Of a DNA stretch of 64,000 bases, positions 41,883 through 51,027 are shown in pieces (position 1 is the first letter of the stretch; each line of letters begins with the position of its first letter). Source of the stretch: Chloroflexota bacterium (lineage in GTDB: Bacteria > Chloroflexota > Dehalococcoidia > DSGV01). Both the position numbers and the translations under genes were made by a program. The DNA is taken from contig JAJYLG010000009.1 of NCBI GenBank assembly GCA_021787985.1, positions 141-64,140 of the forward strand, read 5' to 3'. The notes beneath the pieces are model-generated. The model was given only the letters and a program-made list of their open reading frames with translations. It made no database searches and was not told the origin of the DNA.

Positions 41883-42302
41883 ATGGCAGCCGAACGGATG
41901 TCTATCGTCTGCTTCTCGGGCACGGTCGACAAGCTGCTGGCGGTGTCGACACTGGCCACGGGCGGCGCGGCGATGGGGCTGGAGGTCGAGCTGTTCTTGA
42001 CCTTCTGGGGGCTGGAGGCGTTCCGCAAGGGCGCGTACCAGACCAACGACCGGATCAGCGCTGATTTCGAAGACCACAAGGTCCCGATGATGCAGGCGAT
42101 GCAGGAGAAGAAGGTCCCGAACTGGCTGGACACGCTGCGCGGCGCGGCCGAGATTGGTGATGTGAAGGTCTACGCTTGCGGTATGACCATGGACCTGTTC
42201 GGCTGGAAGCTCGACGACCTCGAGGACCTGGTCAGCGACGTGATCGGCGTAGCCAGCTTCGTCGAGCGTGCGAAGGAAGGAAAGATCACGCTCTTTATCT
42301 GA
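41883..42302 (+). CDS. DsrE/DsrF-like sulfur-relay family protein
   Basis: MSIVCFSGTVDKLLAVSTLATGGAAMG...VYACGMTMDLFG. Confidence 0.7.
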   Translation: MAAERMSIVCFSGTVDKLLAVSTLATGGAAMGLEVELFLTFWGLEAFRKGAYQTNDRISADFEDHKVPMMQAMQEKKVPNWLDTLRGAAEIGDVKVYACGMTMDLFGWKLDDLEDLVSDVIGVASFVERAKEGKITLFI

Positions 42303-42319
42303 GCGGGGAGGGACCTGAA

Positions 42320-42568
42320 ATGGCAGTGCCGGAAGGAATTAGCATCAGCAAGGAGATCGACGCGCGCGGCAGCTTTTGCCCGGGGCCGCTGATGGAGCTC
42401 ATCCGCGGCGTGAAGAGCGTCCAGGTCGGCGAAGTCGTGTCGGTGCTCTCGTCCGACCCGGGATCCGCTCGCGACATCCCGGCCTGGGTGCAGAAGGCCG
42501 GTCATGAGTTCGTTGGGACCTTCCAGGAGGAAGGCTACACCCGCTTCGTGGTCCGCAAGACGCGCTGA
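42320..42568 (+). CDS. TusA-like sulfurtransferase
   Basis: IDARGSFCPGPLMEL (CPxP motif); GGGAGGG RBS. Confidence 0.8.
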   Translation: MAVPEGISISKEIDARGSFCPGPLMELIRGVKSVQVGEVVSVLSSDPGSARDIPAWVQKAGHEFVGTFQEEGYTRFVVRKTR

Positions 42569-42633
42569 GCGAAGAGCACCATGTCGAGAGAGGAGACGAT
42601 GGGGTATCGTCGGATGCCCCGTCATGGCATGCG

Positions 42634-43770
42634 ATGACCGCACGGATTGTCGTCCTCGGCGGCGGGGTAGGTGGCACGCTGGTAAGCAACCTGCTCGCGC
42701 GGAAGCTATCGCGCAGCGCGGCCGAGATCACTGTCGTGGATGCAACGGGCCGGCACATCTACCAGCCCGGCTGGCTGTACGTGCCGTTCGGGCTCGAGAA
42801 GCCGGAGAACCTGGTCAAGCGGGAGCGCTCGCTCCTGAGTCGCAAGGTGCGGCTCGTGGTGGACCGGGTGGTGAAGATCGACGCCGACGCGCGCCGGGTG
42901 GTGCTGGCCGAGGGCGCCCCGCTGGAGTACGACTACCTGGTCGTAGCGGCGGGTGCGCGGCTCGCGCCGGAGGCGGTTCCGGGTTACGAGGAGGCGGCGC
43001 ACAACTTTTACAACGCGGAGAACGCCCTGCGACTGCGGGCGGCGCTGTACGGGTTCGGAGGCGGCACGGTGGTGGTCGGCGTCGCCGACATCCCGTACAA
43101 GTGCCCGCCGGCGCCGCTCGAGTTCACGTTCATGCTCGAGGACTACCTGAAGCAGCGTGGCCTGCGCGACCGGACGAAGATCGTCTACCTCTCGCCGCTC
43201 AACCGCGTCTTCACCATCGAGACGGTGTCGCAGATGGTCACGCCGTTGCTCGAGGAGCGGGGCGTGGAGTACCGGCTGTTCTTCAACACCGAGTCGATCG
43301 ATCCAGTGGCGAAGGTGGTGCGGTCGATGGAGGGCGAGGAGGAGCAGTACGACCTCCTGGTCCTGGTGCCGCCGCACCGCGGAGCCCCGGTGGTGGTGGA
43401 GTCCGGGCTGGGCGATCAGCAGGGCTGGCTGCCCACGGACCGCGAGACGTTGCAGGTCAAGGGGCGTCCCGAGATCTACGCGCTGGGCGACGCGACCGAC
43501 CTGCCGGTGAGCAAGAGCGGCTCGGCCGCCCACTTCCAGGCCAAGGTGGTGGCCGACCGGATCGCGGACGCCGTGCACGGCAAGCAGCCCGCGGCCAAGT
43601 ACGACGGGCACGTGCTCTGCTTCCTGGAGACCGGGTACGGCCAGGCGACCCAGCTCGCCTTCGACTACGAGCACCCGCCGCAGCCGCCGCGGCCGTCACG
43701 CTTCTACCACTACGAGAAGATGCTGTTCAACCGCACCTACTGGTACATCGTGCCGCGCGGGATCGTCTGA
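42634..43770 (+). CDS. sqr: Sulfide:quinone oxidoreductase (FAD-dependent pyridine nucleotide-disulfide oxidoreductase)
   Basis: RIVVLGGGVGGT Rossmann; KCPPAPLE; 378 aa typical SQR architecture. Confidence 0.75.
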   Translation: MTARIVVLGGGVGGTLVSNLLARKLSRSAAEITVVDATGRHIYQPGWLYVPFGLEKPENLVKRERSLLSRKVRLVVDRVVKIDADARRVVLAEGAPLEYDYLVVAAGARLAPEAVPGYEEAAHNFYNAENALRLRAALYGFGGGTVVVGVADIPYKCPPAPLEFTFMLEDYLKQRGLRDRTKIVYLSPLNRVFTIETVSQMVTPLLEERGVEYRLFFNTESIDPVAKVVRSMEGEEEQYDLLVLVPPHRGAPVVVESGLGDQQGWLPTDRETLQVKGRPEIYALGDATDLPVSKSGSAAHFQAKVVADRIADAVHGKQPAAKYDGHVLCFLETGYGQATQLAFDYEHPPQPPRPSRFYHYEKMLFNRTYWYIVPRGIV

Positions 43771-43796
43771 CCGGACGACTGCCGCCTTCGCAGACC

Positions 43797-43824
43797 AGCC
43801 GCCGCCTCGCCAGGGGCGGCGGCT
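43797..43824 (+). terminator. Stem-loop AGCCGCCGCC-tcgccagg-GGCGGCGGCT followed by T-containing tract, downstream of sqr
   Basis: Perfect 10-bp stem seen in sequence. Confidence 0.45.
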
Positions 43825-43958
43825 TCGATCTGTCTACGGAATCGGGCGCACGCGAAACCTCCACGGACCCTTCGCACGGACTTCACAGGTCCTTCAAACT
43901 CCGGCTGCAGAGTGAGAGATGAGCAAGAGAGGCCGGAACAGCCGGCGGGGGTGGACGA

Positions 43959-44201
43959 ATGATGGGCTACGGATTTCCGGGGTCGTGGATGGGTGGCTGG
44001 AGCTGGTTCGGCATGGGTCTGGGGCTCGTCTTCTGGGCGCTGCTGATCGGGCTGGTCGCGTGGATCGTCGTGTCGCTGGCCCAGCGGCCCGCCGGGCCGA
44101 GCGCCCCGCGGCCGGAGGACGTGCTCCGCGCGCGTTACGCGCGCGGCGAGATCACGCGCGAGGAGTACGAGCACACGCTCCAGGTGCTGCGCCAGCCGTA
44201 A
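43959..44201 (+). CDS. SHOCT-domain small membrane protein (paralog)
   Basis: Trp/Gly-rich TM then LRARYARGEITREEYEHTLQVL. Confidence 0.6.
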   Translation: MMGYGFPGSWMGGWSWFGMGLGLVFWALLIGLVAWIVVSLAQRPAGPSAPRPEDVLRARYARGEITREEYEHTLQVLRQP

Positions 44202-44255
44202 CGGTCCGGCGACGCGCACGTGGAGAAGCGAGAACGGAACGGAGGTGACAGTACG

Positions 44256-44933
44256 ATGACCAGGTCGAAGATGCTCAAGATCGTGGCGTTCGGGGTGGCG
44301 CTGGTCGGCGTGATCGCGTTGCCGGCAGTGGTAGCGGCGACGGGCGCCGGACGGCCGAGCGCCGCGGGTGGCGCAGCGCAGGCGACGGCCCAGCCGGTGC
44401 GGGCTGACCGGGTCGAGATGCGGGACTTCAGCTTCGACCCCGGGGTCATCCGCGTGGAGCCCGGCACCACGGTGACGTGGACGAACACAAGCCAGACCCC
44501 GCATAACGTGGTCGCGAACGACGGCTCGTGGAAGTCGGACCTGCTGCGACCGGGCGACACATACCAGCACACGTTCAGCACCGCGGGTGTGTACGAGTAC
44601 CGTTGCACGCTGCATGCGGGCATGGTCGGCGCGGTGGTGGTGGGCGACACGACGCCGGCGCCCGCGCTTGGGCCGAGCGGCCAGCCCGGCCCGCAGGGCG
44701 GCTACGGCGCGATGTACCAGTGGATGGAGCAGAACGCGCCCGAGATGTGGCAGTGGATGCAGCAGAACCACCCCAACGGCATGGGATCGGGCATGACGCA
44801 GAACTGCTCACGCTTCGATCGGGGCGCTGGCAGCGGTCCGACCTCTTCGACCCCGCCGAGCTCCGGCGCAAACGGCAGCCGATCCGGGTTCGGACCGGGT
44901 GGCATGATGGGAGGTGGAGGGCCCTGGCGCTGA
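44256..44933 (+). CDS. Cupredoxin (type-1 blue copper protein, plastocyanin/pseudoazurin-like) with Gly/Met-rich tail
   Basis: Signal peptide; HNVV...YEYRCTLHAGM supplies His, Cys, His, Met copper ligands. Confidence 0.7.
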   Translation: MTRSKMLKIVAFGVALVGVIALPAVVAATGAGRPSAAGGAAQATAQPVRADRVEMRDFSFDPGVIRVEPGTTVTWTNTSQTPHNVVANDGSWKSDLLRPGDTYQHTFSTAGVYEYRCTLHAGMVGAVVVGDTTPAPALGPSGQPGPQGGYGAMYQWMEQNAPEMWQWMQQNHPNGMGSGMTQNCSRFDRGAGSGPTSSTPPSSGANGSRSGFGPGGMMGGGGPWR

Positions 44934-45018
44934 GCCGACCGGCGACGAGTGGCTGGTGGAGCAGCAGGGCGGGTCTTGCGGCCCGCCCTGCCACGTGTGG
45001 CGCGCAGGAGCGCGGGTG

Positions 45019-45714
45019 ATGGCGCGAGTGCTGGTGGTGGACGACGAGCCCCGCATCGTGGACGCGGTGCGGCTCTACCTCGAGCGAGACGGTCACGAGG
45101 TGCTGACTGCCGGCGACGGCGAGGAAGCACTGCGGCGCTTCGCGGACGAGCGGCCGGACGCGGTGGTGCTCGACCTGATGCTGCCCAAGCTCGACGGGTA
45201 CGAGGTCTGCCGGCGCATCCGCGCTCGCTCGCAGGCGCCGGTGATCATGCTGACCGCGCGGGCGGAAGAGGTCGACAAGCTGGTGGGGCTCGAGCTCGGC
45301 GCGGACGACTACGTCACGAAGCCGTTCAGCCCGCGCGAGCTCGCCGCGCGCCTGCGGGCCGTGCTGCGCCGCGCCCAGCCGCCGGCCACCGAGGGCGTGT
45401 CCGAGCGGAGCATCGTTGGTGATCTGGAGGTGGACCGGGCGGCGCACGAGGCGCGCTGCGGAGGCCGCGTCCTGGACCTGACGCCGACCGAGTTTCGCAT
45501 CCTGGCAACCTTGGCGGCCAGCCCGGGCCGGGTGTTCACCCGCGAGCAGCTCCTCGAGCAGGCGCTCGGCGAGCACGCGCTGGGCGGCTACGACCGCACC
45601 GTCGACGCGCACATGAAGAACCTGCGGCGGAAGCTGGCATCCAACGGGAGTGCTTCGGGCTGCCGCATCACCACGGTGTTCGGCGTGGGCTACAAGCTGG
45701 AACGAACGGCATGA
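45019..45714 (+). CDS. OmpR-family response regulator
   Basis: RVLVVDDEPRI...VLDLMLPKLDG receiver; winged-helix C-terminus. Confidence 0.9.
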   Translation: MARVLVVDDEPRIVDAVRLYLERDGHEVLTAGDGEEALRRFADERPDAVVLDLMLPKLDGYEVCRRIRARSQAPVIMLTARAEEVDKLVGLELGADDYVTKPFSPRELAARLRAVLRRAQPPATEGVSERSIVGDLEVDRAAHEARCGGRVLDLTPTEFRILATLAASPGRVFTREQLLEQALGEHALGGYDRTVDAHMKNLRRKLASNGSASGCRITTVFGVGYKLERTA

Positions 45715-46856
45715 AGGCCATGGACCGGCTGGGCGTGAAGCTTGCCGCCGCCTTCGCGGCGGTGTCGCTGATCGGCGTGGCGGTGGTGGCGGCATTCGCC
45801 GGCGTGGCCACGGAGCACAACTTCAACCGCTACGTCGCCGACATTCGTGCCGGAGGGATGCACGGCATGGGGATGACGGCCGACGCGATGGCCGCGATGA
45901 TGGGCGCGCCGCGGCAGCAGTTCCTGAGCGACCTGCGGACGTCGCTGCTCTTCGCGGCGCTGGTGGCGGTCGGGGTGGCGGTGGTGCTGGGCGTGGTGCT
46001 GGCGCAGACGATGACCGGCCCGCTGCGCCGCCTGACGCTCGTGGCGCATCGCGTGGCGGCCGGCGACCTGGCCCAACGCGTCCCGGTGACGGGTGGCGAC
46101 GAGATCGCCGACCTGGGCACGGCCTTCAACACCATGGCCGCGGCGCTGGCGCGGGCGCAGGAGGAGCGCCAGGACCTCGTGGCGGACATCGCGCATGAGC
46201 TGCGAACGCCCCTCGCCGTCCTGCAGTCGCACGTGGAGGCGATGCAGGACGGGTTGGTGCCGGCGGACGCCGAGCATCTCGCGACTCTGCACGAGGAGAC
46301 GGCGCTGCTCAGCAGGCTCGTCGAAGACCTGCGCGTCCTGTCATTGGCGGACGCTGGGCGGCTCGAGCTGCGGCGTGAGCCGCTCGATCTGGTGGCGGTG
46401 GCGCGCGCCACGCTGGAGGAGTCGGCGTCGCTGGCGGCTGGCCGCGGCGTGACGTTGCGGTTGGAGGATGGCGGCGCGGCCCTGCCGGTCCTGGCGGACG
46501 CGGGGAGGCTGCGCCAGGTGCTGCACAATCTGCTGAGCAACGCGCTGCGCTTCGCGCCGGCCGGCACGGACGTGACGGTCTCGCTGCGCCGCGAGGACAG
46601 CCGGGGGGTGTGCACGGTGGCGGATCAAGGGCTCGGCATCCCCTCCGAGGACCTGCCACGGGTGTTCGAGCGGTTCTATCGAGCGGATCGCTCGCGGGCG
46701 CGCGCCACGGGCGGCAGCGGGCTGGGCCTCGCCATCGTGCGGCGACTCGTCGAAGCGCATGGCGGGACGATCGTCGCGGAGAGCCCGCCGGGGCAGGGCG
46801 CGCGCTTCACGTTCCGACTGCCGCTGGCGGCGGGTGCGGGAGAGGGTTTCGATTGA
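45711..46856 (+). CDS. Sensor histidine kinase (2 TM, HAMP, HisKA, HATPase_c)
   Basis: IAHELRTPLAV H-box; N, G1, G2 boxes (GGSGLGLAIV). ATGA overlap with the response-regulator gene. Confidence 0.85.
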   Translation: MKAMDRLGVKLAAAFAAVSLIGVAVVAAFAGVATEHNFNRYVADIRAGGMHGMGMTADAMAAMMGAPRQQFLSDLRTSLLFAALVAVGVAVVLGVVLAQTMTGPLRRLTLVAHRVAAGDLAQRVPVTGGDEIADLGTAFNTMAAALARAQEERQDLVADIAHELRTPLAVLQSHVEAMQDGLVPADAEHLATLHEETALLSRLVEDLRVLSLADAGRLELRREPLDLVAVARATLEESASLAAGRGVTLRLEDGGAALPVLADAGRLRQVLHNLLSNALRFAPAGTDVTVSLRREDSRGVCTVADQGLGIPSEDLPRVFERFYRADRSRARATGGSGLGLAIVRRLVEAHGGTIVAESPPGQGARFTFRLPLAAGAGEGFD

Positions 46857-46890
46857 TGAGGCGCGCTGTGATGGCATACGAGGTGTCATT

Positions 46891-47148
46891 ATGGCATGCC
46901 TGGAACGTACCCAGGTGCAGTTGACCCAAGAGCAGATGCGTGCGTTGCGGGAGATCGGCGCGCAGCGCGGCCTGCCGGTCGCCGAGCTGGTCAGGGAAGC
47001 CGTCGAGGGCTGGCTGCTCCGCGAACGTTGGATCTCGTGGGAGGAGCAGAAGGCCCGGGCGCTGGCAGTGACCGGGAGATTCTCCTCCGGGTCGGCCGAC
47101 GCCAGCGGCGAGCATGACGCCTACCTGGGCGAGGCGTTCTCGACGTGA
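46891..47148 (+). CDS. vapB: RHH antitoxin (VapB-like)
   Basis: MACLERTQVQLTQEQMRALREIGAQRGLPVAELVREAV; overlaps the PIN gene. Confidence 0.65.
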   Translation: MACLERTQVQLTQEQMRALREIGAQRGLPVAELVREAVEGWLLRERWISWEEQKARALAVTGRFSSGSADASGEHDAYLGEAFST

Positions 47149-47552
47149 TGGTCTTCGTCGACACGTCTGCGCTGTACGCCCTGCTGGACCGTGATGACCG
47201 CCATCACGCAGAGGCCGAACGTGCGTGGCGTGCTCTCCTGGCACCCGATTCCGGGTTGGTGACCCACAGCTACGTTCTCGTGGAATCAACCGCGCTGGTG
47301 CAGCGGCGACTTGGGCCGCAGGCGGTCCGCGGGCTGCACACCGACCTGCCGCGGCCTATCGCAACCGTATGGGTCGACCAACGACTCCACGAGCTCGCGG
47401 TGGCCGCGCTGCTGGGCAGCGAGCGCAGGGACGTCAGCCTGGTCGACCGCGTCAGCTTCGAGCTCATGCGTCAGGCGGGCATCGAGAAGGCGTTCGCGTT
47501 CGACCCCGGTGTCGCGCACGAGGGCTTCGACCTGGTCCCGCCGGTCGCTTGA
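47145..47552 (+). CDS. vapC: PIN-domain toxin VapC
   Basis: MMVFVDTSALYALLDRDD PIN N-terminus; 135 aa. Confidence 0.75.
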   Translation: MMVFVDTSALYALLDRDDRHHAEAERAWRALLAPDSGLVTHSYVLVESTALVQRRLGPQAVRGLHTDLPRPIATVWVDQRLHELAVAALLGSERRDVSLVDRVSFELMRQAGIEKAFAFDPGVAHEGFDLVPPVA

Positions 47553-47681
47553 CCGCTCGTGCCCGCGGGTTGGACGTCCGCGGTCGATTGGCGGGTCGGT
47601 TGCGTCCTGCGAACCTCGCGCTGGTACTGTTTCAGGGAGGCCCTCCGTCCGCCGGACGGCCGGCCGCGAGTGGAGGGGGAG

Positions 47682-48104
47682 ATGGACCCGGTCGACGAGA
47701 TGCTGGCACGTTACCCGACCTCGATGCTCTCTCACGTTGGCATCCGCTACGTGGAGCGATCGGACGAACGCGTGGTGGCGGAGCTGGACTTCCGCCCGGA
47801 GCTGCAGCAGCTCACCGGGCTCTTCCATGCCGGTGCCCTGGTGACGCTGGCCGACTCGACGGCGACGGCCGCGGCGATGCGCCACGCTCATCGAGGTCAC
47901 GGCGGGCCGCTGCCGCCCGAGCGGTTCCCGCTGGCGGTACAGATCTCGTCCGCGTTTCTGCGCAACGCCGGCCACGGCACGGTCCGCGCCGAGGCCCGGA
48001 TCATCCATCCCGGGCGACGGATGGTGGTGATCGAGACGCGCGTGACCGACGAAGACGGTCGCCTGCTGGTGGTGCAGACGAGCACGCACCTCGTGCCCGG
48101 GTGA
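47682..48104 (+). CDS. PaaI/4HBT hotdog-fold thioesterase
   Basis: LSHVGIRYVE...GLFHAGALVTLADSTA hotdog motif. Confidence 0.7.
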   Translation: MDPVDEMLARYPTSMLSHVGIRYVERSDERVVAELDFRPELQQLTGLFHAGALVTLADSTATAAAMRHAHRGHGGPLPPERFPLAVQISSAFLRNAGHGTVRAEARIIHPGRRMVVIETRVTDEDGRLLVVQTSTHLVPG

Positions 48105-48117
48105 GATCGTCCCGGCG

Positions 48118-48990
48118 TCAGCCCTCGACGGGCGCGTCCGGCACGCGCCCCTCGGGCGCCGGCCCGTCTGCCTGACCGGCAGGCGCCAGCGGCCCGCGCG
48201 AGACTCCCCGGTAGCGGCGGGCCAGCCACCACCAGAGCGCCAGGCTGGCCGCGAAGGTGACGACCGCGGTGAGCTGGGCCTGCTTGAGGTCCAGCGCGGT
48301 GATGCTGTTCGCCCGCCAGAAGAAGACGACGAACTGGGTGATGCTGTAGCCGGCCAGGTACGCGGCGGTCACCCGCCCAGGCATCGTGCCGCGCCGCACC
48401 ACCAGGACCAGCGCCGCGATGAGCACCAGGTTCGCGAGGATCTCGTAGGCCGCGGCCGGCTGGTAGGCGACGCCCAGCTCGGGAGCGAAGCTGCCCGGGT
48501 TCAAGTAGGCGGTGCCCCACGGCAGATGGGTCGCGTAGCCGAGGATGTCGCCGTTGACGATGTTGCCGATGCGCCCGAAGGGCTGACCGAAGGCGGCGAA
48601 GAGCGCGGCCACGTCCAGCATCGGCCAGATGGCGAGCCCCCGTCGCCAGGCGAATGCGGCGATGGTCAGCGCCACGGCCGCGATGGCGCCGAAGAAGGCC
48701 ATGCCTCCGTTCCATACCGCGAAGATCTGGAGCGGATGGTGCAGGAAGTACATCTGGTCGTTCTGGACGACGTAGTAGAGGCGGCCGCCGATGAGGCCGA
48801 AGACAACGGCCCAGGGGAAGACGGACCACAGGTCATCCTCGCTGGCGCCCAGGCGGCGCACGAAGCGTTTGGCAAGCTGGGCGCCGATGACGATGCCGAC
48901 GACGTACATGATGCCGTACCAGCGCACCGCGAATCCGCCCAGGTGGAACGCGACCGGGTCGATGTTGATGTCGATCGTGGCGAACGGCAA
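48118..48990 (-). CDS. lgt: Prolipoprotein diacylglyceryl transferase
   Basis: 290 aa; GGFAVRWYG and GRIGNIVNGD signature. Confidence 0.85.
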   Translation of the reverse strand: MPFATIDINIDPVAFHLGGFAVRWYGIMYVVGIVIGAQLAKRFVRRLGASEDDLWSVFPWAVVFGLIGGRLYYVVQNDQMYFLHHPLQIFAVWNGGMAFFGAIAAVALTIAAFAWRRGLAIWPMLDVAALFAAFGQPFGRIGNIVNGDILGYATHLPWGTAYLNPGSFAPELGVAYQPAAAYEILANLVLIAALVLVVRRGTMPGRVTAAYLAGYSITQFVVFFWRANSITALDLKQAQLTAVVTFAASLALWWWLARRYRGVSRGPLAPAGQADGPAPEGRVPDAPVEG

Positions 48991-49142
48991 GCTGCACCTC
49001 GACTGAGAGACGGGGCATCACCAGTATCACACGGGGAGCGGGAATGGCGCGCGGCGCGTCATTCCGGCCGAGCGAGCCGACGCGAGCGCGAGCCGGAATC
49101 CAGGGCTGGAGATATCGGATGTGGCAGGCTGGATTTCCGCCT

Positions 49143-49155
49143 GCCTGCCGCAGGC
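49143..49155. promoter_or_regulatory. Second copy of palindrome GCCTGCCGCAGGC (within a 21-bp palindrome) about 50 nt upstream of the EthD-like gene
   Basis: Identical 13-mer to 4341..4353. Confidence 0.3.
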
Positions 49156-49204
49156 AGGCCTCCGCGCGCCGTATCATGGGCGGCGATCCTATTGCAGGAG
49201 GGTG

Positions 49205-49518
49205 CGGTGGCGAAGCTGCTGGTGCTCTACAACGAGCCGGCCGACCCGGAGGCGTTCGAGAAGCACTATTTCGAGGTGCACGTGCCGATCACGAGGCGCT
49301 TCCCGGGCGTGAAGTCGTTCCGCGTGAGCAGGGGGAAGGTGCGCAGCCCGGGTCAGCCCGCCGCGCCGTACTGGTTCGTCGCGGAGCTGGAGTTCGACTC
49401 GGTCGAGGCGCTCCGCGCCGCGTTGGCGTCGCCGGCCGGGCAGGAGGCGGCGGCGGACATTCCCAAGTACGCCGGGGCGGGCGTCTCCATCCTGATGTTC
49501 GAGGATGCGGAAGCCTGA
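49205..49518 (+). CDS. EthD/Dabb-like stress-responsive alpha-beta barrel protein
   Basis: About 104 aa, KLLVLYNEPADPEAFEKHYFEVHVPI...; GTG start. Confidence 0.5.
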
Positions 49519-49578
49519 GCGCCAAGGGCGAATCCAGGCGGCGAGCCGGAGTATGCTGAGGGCAGGACGACAGCCACG

Positions 49579-50124
49579 ATGACCATCATTCCGCCGATCT
49601 TCAGCTACGCGCACCTGCGCCAGATGCCGGACGACGGCAAGCGCTACGAGATCCTCGACGGGGAGGTTGTCGTGAGCCCATCGCCCAAGCGCAGGCATCA
49701 ACGCATCGTGGGGCTCCTGTACGAACTCCTCACGGAAGCGCAGCGACTCGGCCAGGGCGAGGTCTACTTCGCCCCATTCGACGTGGTGCTCGACGAGCGC
49801 AACGTGGTCCAGCCCGACCTGCTGTTCGTCCGCAGCGACCGCCTGCACATCATCACCGAGGAGAACGTCCAGGGCGCTCCCGACCTCATCGTCGAGGTCC
49901 TCTCCGAGGGCACCCGCGAGCGCGACCTCGGCGCCAAGCTCCGCATCTACGCCCGTTTCGGCGTCCGCTTCTACTGGGCCGTCGACCCCGACGCCCGGAC
50001 CGTCCGCGTCTACGAGCACGCCCCCGAGGGCTACCGCGAGCTCCCGCCCCTCGCCGCGGGCGACACGCTCACCTGCCCGCTCTTCCCGGACATCACGCTG
50101 CCGCTGGCCGCGCTCTTCGCCTGA
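49579..50124 (+). CDS. Uma2-family (DUF820) endonuclease, copy 2
   Basis: 181 aa; near-identical to copy 1 on the opposite strand. Confidence 0.8.
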   Translation: MTIIPPIFSYAHLRQMPDDGKRYEILDGEVVVSPSPKRRHQRIVGLLYELLTEAQRLGQGEVYFAPFDVVLDERNVVQPDLLFVRSDRLHIITEENVQGAPDLIVEVLSEGTRERDLGAKLRIYARFGVRFYWAVDPDARTVRVYEHAPEGYRELPPLAAGDTLTCPLFPDITLPLAALFA

Positions 50125-50483
50125 GAACCGCAGAGATCGTCCGGCGGCAGCGCACGGTTGACCTTGTCGGCCCGCCCGATGCGAACGGACAGCCGGAGCA
50201 GGTCCCGCGTGCCTGATGCCGGGCAGACGTCTCAAGGCTGAGGCGCCCGCCGGCGGCGCAGGAGGCGGCCGGGGGCGCGCTCGGCGTCGCGGCGTGCCGA
50301 TTGCGGGTGGGTCCGGACCGGTGTAGGGCGTCACCCGACAGGGCCTGCCGCATTCAGCGCAGGTTGCCCGACAGACACCCGCTGTCCGCGCGGGCAGAAT
50401 GCGGCCGCAGGTCCTCGTGCTACCTGATGGGGACCGCGTGCGCGCACCCGGCCCGGCGGGCCGGTGCCCTGGAGGAGGGTTTC

Positions 50484-50936
50484 ATGTTCGAGCAGCACCT
50501 GATCAGTGCCGCCGTCGAGCACGTCGCGGCGGTCTCGCGGAGTGACTGGCGCGCGTATCGCGAATCGCTCGCGCCCGAATGCACCTATGAGGAGAAGGGG
50601 ACCGACCGCCGCTTGGCCGGGGCGGACGCCGTCGTGCGCGCGGTCTCCGGCTGGAAGCAGCCCTTCTCGGACCTGAAGGGAACGGTCACAAACCGGCTCG
50701 CCGTGGGCAACATGGTCGTGCTCGAGGTTACCTGGGAGGGCACGTTCAACGGCCTGATGGCCACGCCGTTCGGGACGCTGCCGCCCACCGGCCGGCGCGG
50801 GTCGGTGGACGCGGTGCTGGTGTATCGGTTCCGTGACGGGCTGGTGGTCGAGGCGCGCCACTACTTCGACCTGTTGACCGTGCTGGCACAGACGGGCGCC
50901 ATGCCGCAGGTGCAGGCACCCGTACCGGTATCCTGA
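50484..50936 (+). CDS. SnoaL/NTF2-like fold protein
   Basis: About 150 aa, ketosteroid-isomerase-like pattern (YEEKGT...VVLEVTWEGTF...VYRFRDGLVVEARHYFD). Confidence 0.55.
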   Translation: MFEQHLISAAVEHVAAVSRSDWRAYRESLAPECTYEEKGTDRRLAGADAVVRAVSGWKQPFSDLKGTVTNRLAVGNMVVLEVTWEGTFNGLMATPFGTLPPTGRRGSVDAVLVYRFRDGLVVEARHYFDLLTVLAQTGAMPQVQAPVPVS

Positions 50937-51027
50937 CCCGTCGGCCACGCCGGGCGACGGGCCGGAACCCGCCAGGGCTCCGGCCCAAGCCTTGCCTGGC
51001 AGTACGATGTCTCGCGGAGGATTCGAC

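Noticed and set aside
50125-50483. Possible gene fragment on minus strand (…DLLRLSVRIGRADKVNRALPPDDL…) in the 359-nt gap after Uma2 copy 2
   Set aside because: Only about 30 clean codons, no start or stop context, and no recognizable family. Could be chance.
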